Shown here in pieces: positions 42,102 to 43,624 of a stretch of 43,624 bases of DNA. The translations under genes and the position numbers were made by a program. Below the pieces are notes generated by a model that ran no database searches, was not told the DNA's origin, and was given only the letters and a program-made list of their open reading frames with translations. The stretch is from the IMG/VR virus record IMGVR_UViG_3300045988_166916; one strand, given 5' to 3'. Source of the stretch: a virus. Within the stretch, counting starts at the first letter, position 1. Each line of letters starts with the position of its first letter.

Positions 42102-43043
42102 TCAGAATAATTCTTGTGTCTCATCCGGCAGTTCAACACCCATACGCCGGAGGGCGTGGCGGAGTGTGTGGCCGTTGTTGGAGTAATTCATTGCCATTTT
42201 GTAGAGTTTCGGATGCAGGGTGTAAAGTACCCGAAAGCGACTCCCCCCCCCGAGGTGGGCGCCGAAACCGCAGAATACGCAGCCGGTGCGATCTATGCCC
42301 GGTACGTCGTAAATTGGGCAGTATGACACCGACAATTTGCGGATGTAGGCCCAACAGTCCGCATTCGTCCATATCGACAACGGAGCGCTGTGTGTCTTGC
42401 GCGGGTCGTCTGAAAAGGAGTTGCAACCGCCGTGACTGATATATGTAATCTCTCGTCGTTTACTTTCTCCTGCCATAGTTCCAACCATTGGGAGGCTGAG
42501 TGTTGAAGCGTTATATGTTGCAAAAGGTCTTTTTTTCAATATCTCGCAACATTTTTCCGAGGTCATGTACGGTTCTGTGCTTAGATAGCGCCATTTTTTC
42601 GCAAGTATGCCTTGCTGGCGTTTCCCATCGCCATAGAGCCGATAGTTTCTCAGTTTTTCGCTTTTGGATGTGCGGATGTCTCGCACGGCATGCGCCTGCT
42701 CTTTGCTGACCAACGGGAACCCGTATCGGGCGATCACTTCCCGCGGCGTCAGTTGCGGCCGGATGATCGTGACGTTGGGTGTGTGTCGAACGAAGCTGAC
42801 GATTTCCGGCCATTCGTTGCCCGTCGAACAGAACACACCCGGCATATCTGGATCGACGAAGCGTCGGGCGATGTCGAGTAGTACTGTTGAGTTCAGTCCG
42901 CCGGAAAATGAGACGTAGGGCTTGCGGCCGTGCTTTTCACAGTAGTTTATGAACGCCTCGATTGCTCCGACGGTGTGGTCGATTTTCTGCTCCAAAGGCC
43001 ACGCTTGGCGGGCGTGGAGGTCTGAAAGAGTGATTTTGCCCAT
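42102..43043 (-). CDS. PAPS-reductase-like / PP-loop ATP pyrophosphatase family protein.
   Basis: YVSFSGGLNSTVLLDI is a PP-loop (SGGxxS). A C-terminal Cys pair occurs in RTGCVFCGFG. The track start at 43049 is TTG, so I used the ATG at 43043, 2 nt after the Dam stop. Confidence 0.75.
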   Translation of the reverse strand: MGKITLSDLHARQAWPLEQKIDHTVGAIEAFINYCEKHGRKPYVSFSGGLNSTVLLDIARRFVDPDMPGVFCSTGNEWPEIVSFVRHTPNVTIIRPQLTPREVIARYGFPLVSKEQAHAVRDIRTSKSEKLRNYRLYGDGKRQQGILAKKWRYLSTEPYMTSEKCCEILKKRPFATYNASTLSLPMVGTMAGESKRREITYISHGGCNSFSDDPRKTHSAPLSIWTNADCWAYIRKLSVSYCPIYDVPGIDRTGCVFCGFGAHLGGGSRFRVLYTLHPKLYKMAMNYSNNGHTLRHALRRMGVELPDETQELF

Positions 43044-43045
43044 GA

Positions 43046-43624
43046 TCAAAAAAGTTTTTGCGCACGCACGGGCGGTTCATAGTTGCACCATACGCACTCT
43101 TGCATGACCGTTCCCGAGCCGTTCACAATGTTGCTACGAATGTTATTGCGCTTGAACGGAAACTTTACTTTGTGCCAGTCCGCATAGAGCCGATTTGTCA
43201 GCGGGCAATCGTAACTGCTCACCATGGCCATCCCTTCTATCCGGTGTAGGCGTTCGGCCAGTCGCTCGTGATCTTCATCCGTGAAGTCGAAGCGATAATC
43301 GCCATTTTTATTATGGCCGCCTCGGCTTTCCAGAGGATAGGGCGGATCGCAGTAGAAGAAAGCGCCGGGGAAATCAATTCGGTCGATGGCTTCCATGTAG
43401 TCGCAGTTCATGATCTGAAAGTTGTTGCGAATCTCTGCCGCTACTTCATGCAACTTTTCTACTCCGTTTCTCCATCGGGAAACACCCTCGCCTCCTTGTG
43501 CGTTGATATGTTGTTTGCACATGTGCCAGCCTTTTTTCTGTCTTTGGGCCCCGAGTCCGAAAAAGGATTGCCGTGCACGGATGTAGAATCGACGGGCACG
43601 TTCAATATCGGAGATCTCCATACT
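43046..43624 (-). CDS. N6-adenine DNA methyltransferase (D12/Dam class), C-terminal part of the gene that begins at 352 across the junction.
   Basis: FFYCDPPYPLE is the DPPY motif. The frame is continuous with 1..352 through the 55-bp overlap, giving about 291 aa once the duplicate is removed. Confidence 0.85.
   Translation of the reverse strand, partial: SMEISDIERARRFYIRARQSFFGLGAQRQKKGWHMCKQHINAQGGEGVSRWRNGVEKLHEVAAEIRNNFQIMNCDYMEAIDRIDFPGAFFYCDPPYPLESRGGHNKNGDYRFDFTDEDHERLAERLHRIEGMAMVSSYDCPLTNRLYADWHKVKFPFKRNNIRSNIVNGSGTVMQECVWCNYEPPVRAQKLF
43570..43624. repeat. Terminal direct repeat, copy 2 of 2 (identical to 1..55).
   Basis: Same 55-mer as 1..55. Confidence 0.95.

Overview
The window is a complete, circularly closed genome of about 43.57 kb. 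The first 55 nt are identical to the last 55 nt, and one methyltransferase reading frame runs straight through that junction. It reads as a temperate siphovirus-like phage or excised prophage. The host is probably in Bacteroidota: TAnnTTTG -7 promoter motifs precede several genes, and the integrase and small HTH proteins resemble Bacteroidetes types.

Almost all genes are on the minus strand. Read 5'->3' on that strand from about 5555 and wrapping through the junction, the order is:
- early genes and a DnaG-type primase/P-loop helicase fusion
- a tightly coupled nucleic-acid-modification cluster: Dam-like methyltransferase (MTase), PAPS-reductase-like protein, radical SAM protein, ASCH protein, a 51-aa zinc ribbon and a C5-MTase
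- an iteron-like repeat field
- S49 prohead protease and major capsid protein
- terminase
- a 475-bp non-coding boundary
- portal
- a Mor-like activator with a second orphan Dam-like MTase
- a self-contained Gp49/HigB-like plus HigA-like toxin-antitoxin moron
- a 1428-aa tape measure protein, tail proteins and four fibre-like genes
- the lysis cassette: holin, GH73 endolysin, a DUF2829/Tad2-like protein, a TM coiled-coil protein and an HExxH membrane protein

A short plus-strand lysogeny module at 5698..8192 carries an XRE repressor, a low-GC zinc-ribbon membrane protein, a candidate attP and a tyrosine integrase.

The observations I rate highest are:
- the modification cluster
- a G9 tract that could fuse a tail fibre to the next ORF
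- an apparent excess of G/C homopolymers of 8 nt or more
- the Tad2-like gene inside the lysis operon
- the toxin-antitoxin moron with an unannotated 26-codon hydrophobic ORF
- the iteron field
- two structured non-coding regions

All functional calls come from motifs I recognise by eye in the translations. No database search was run.
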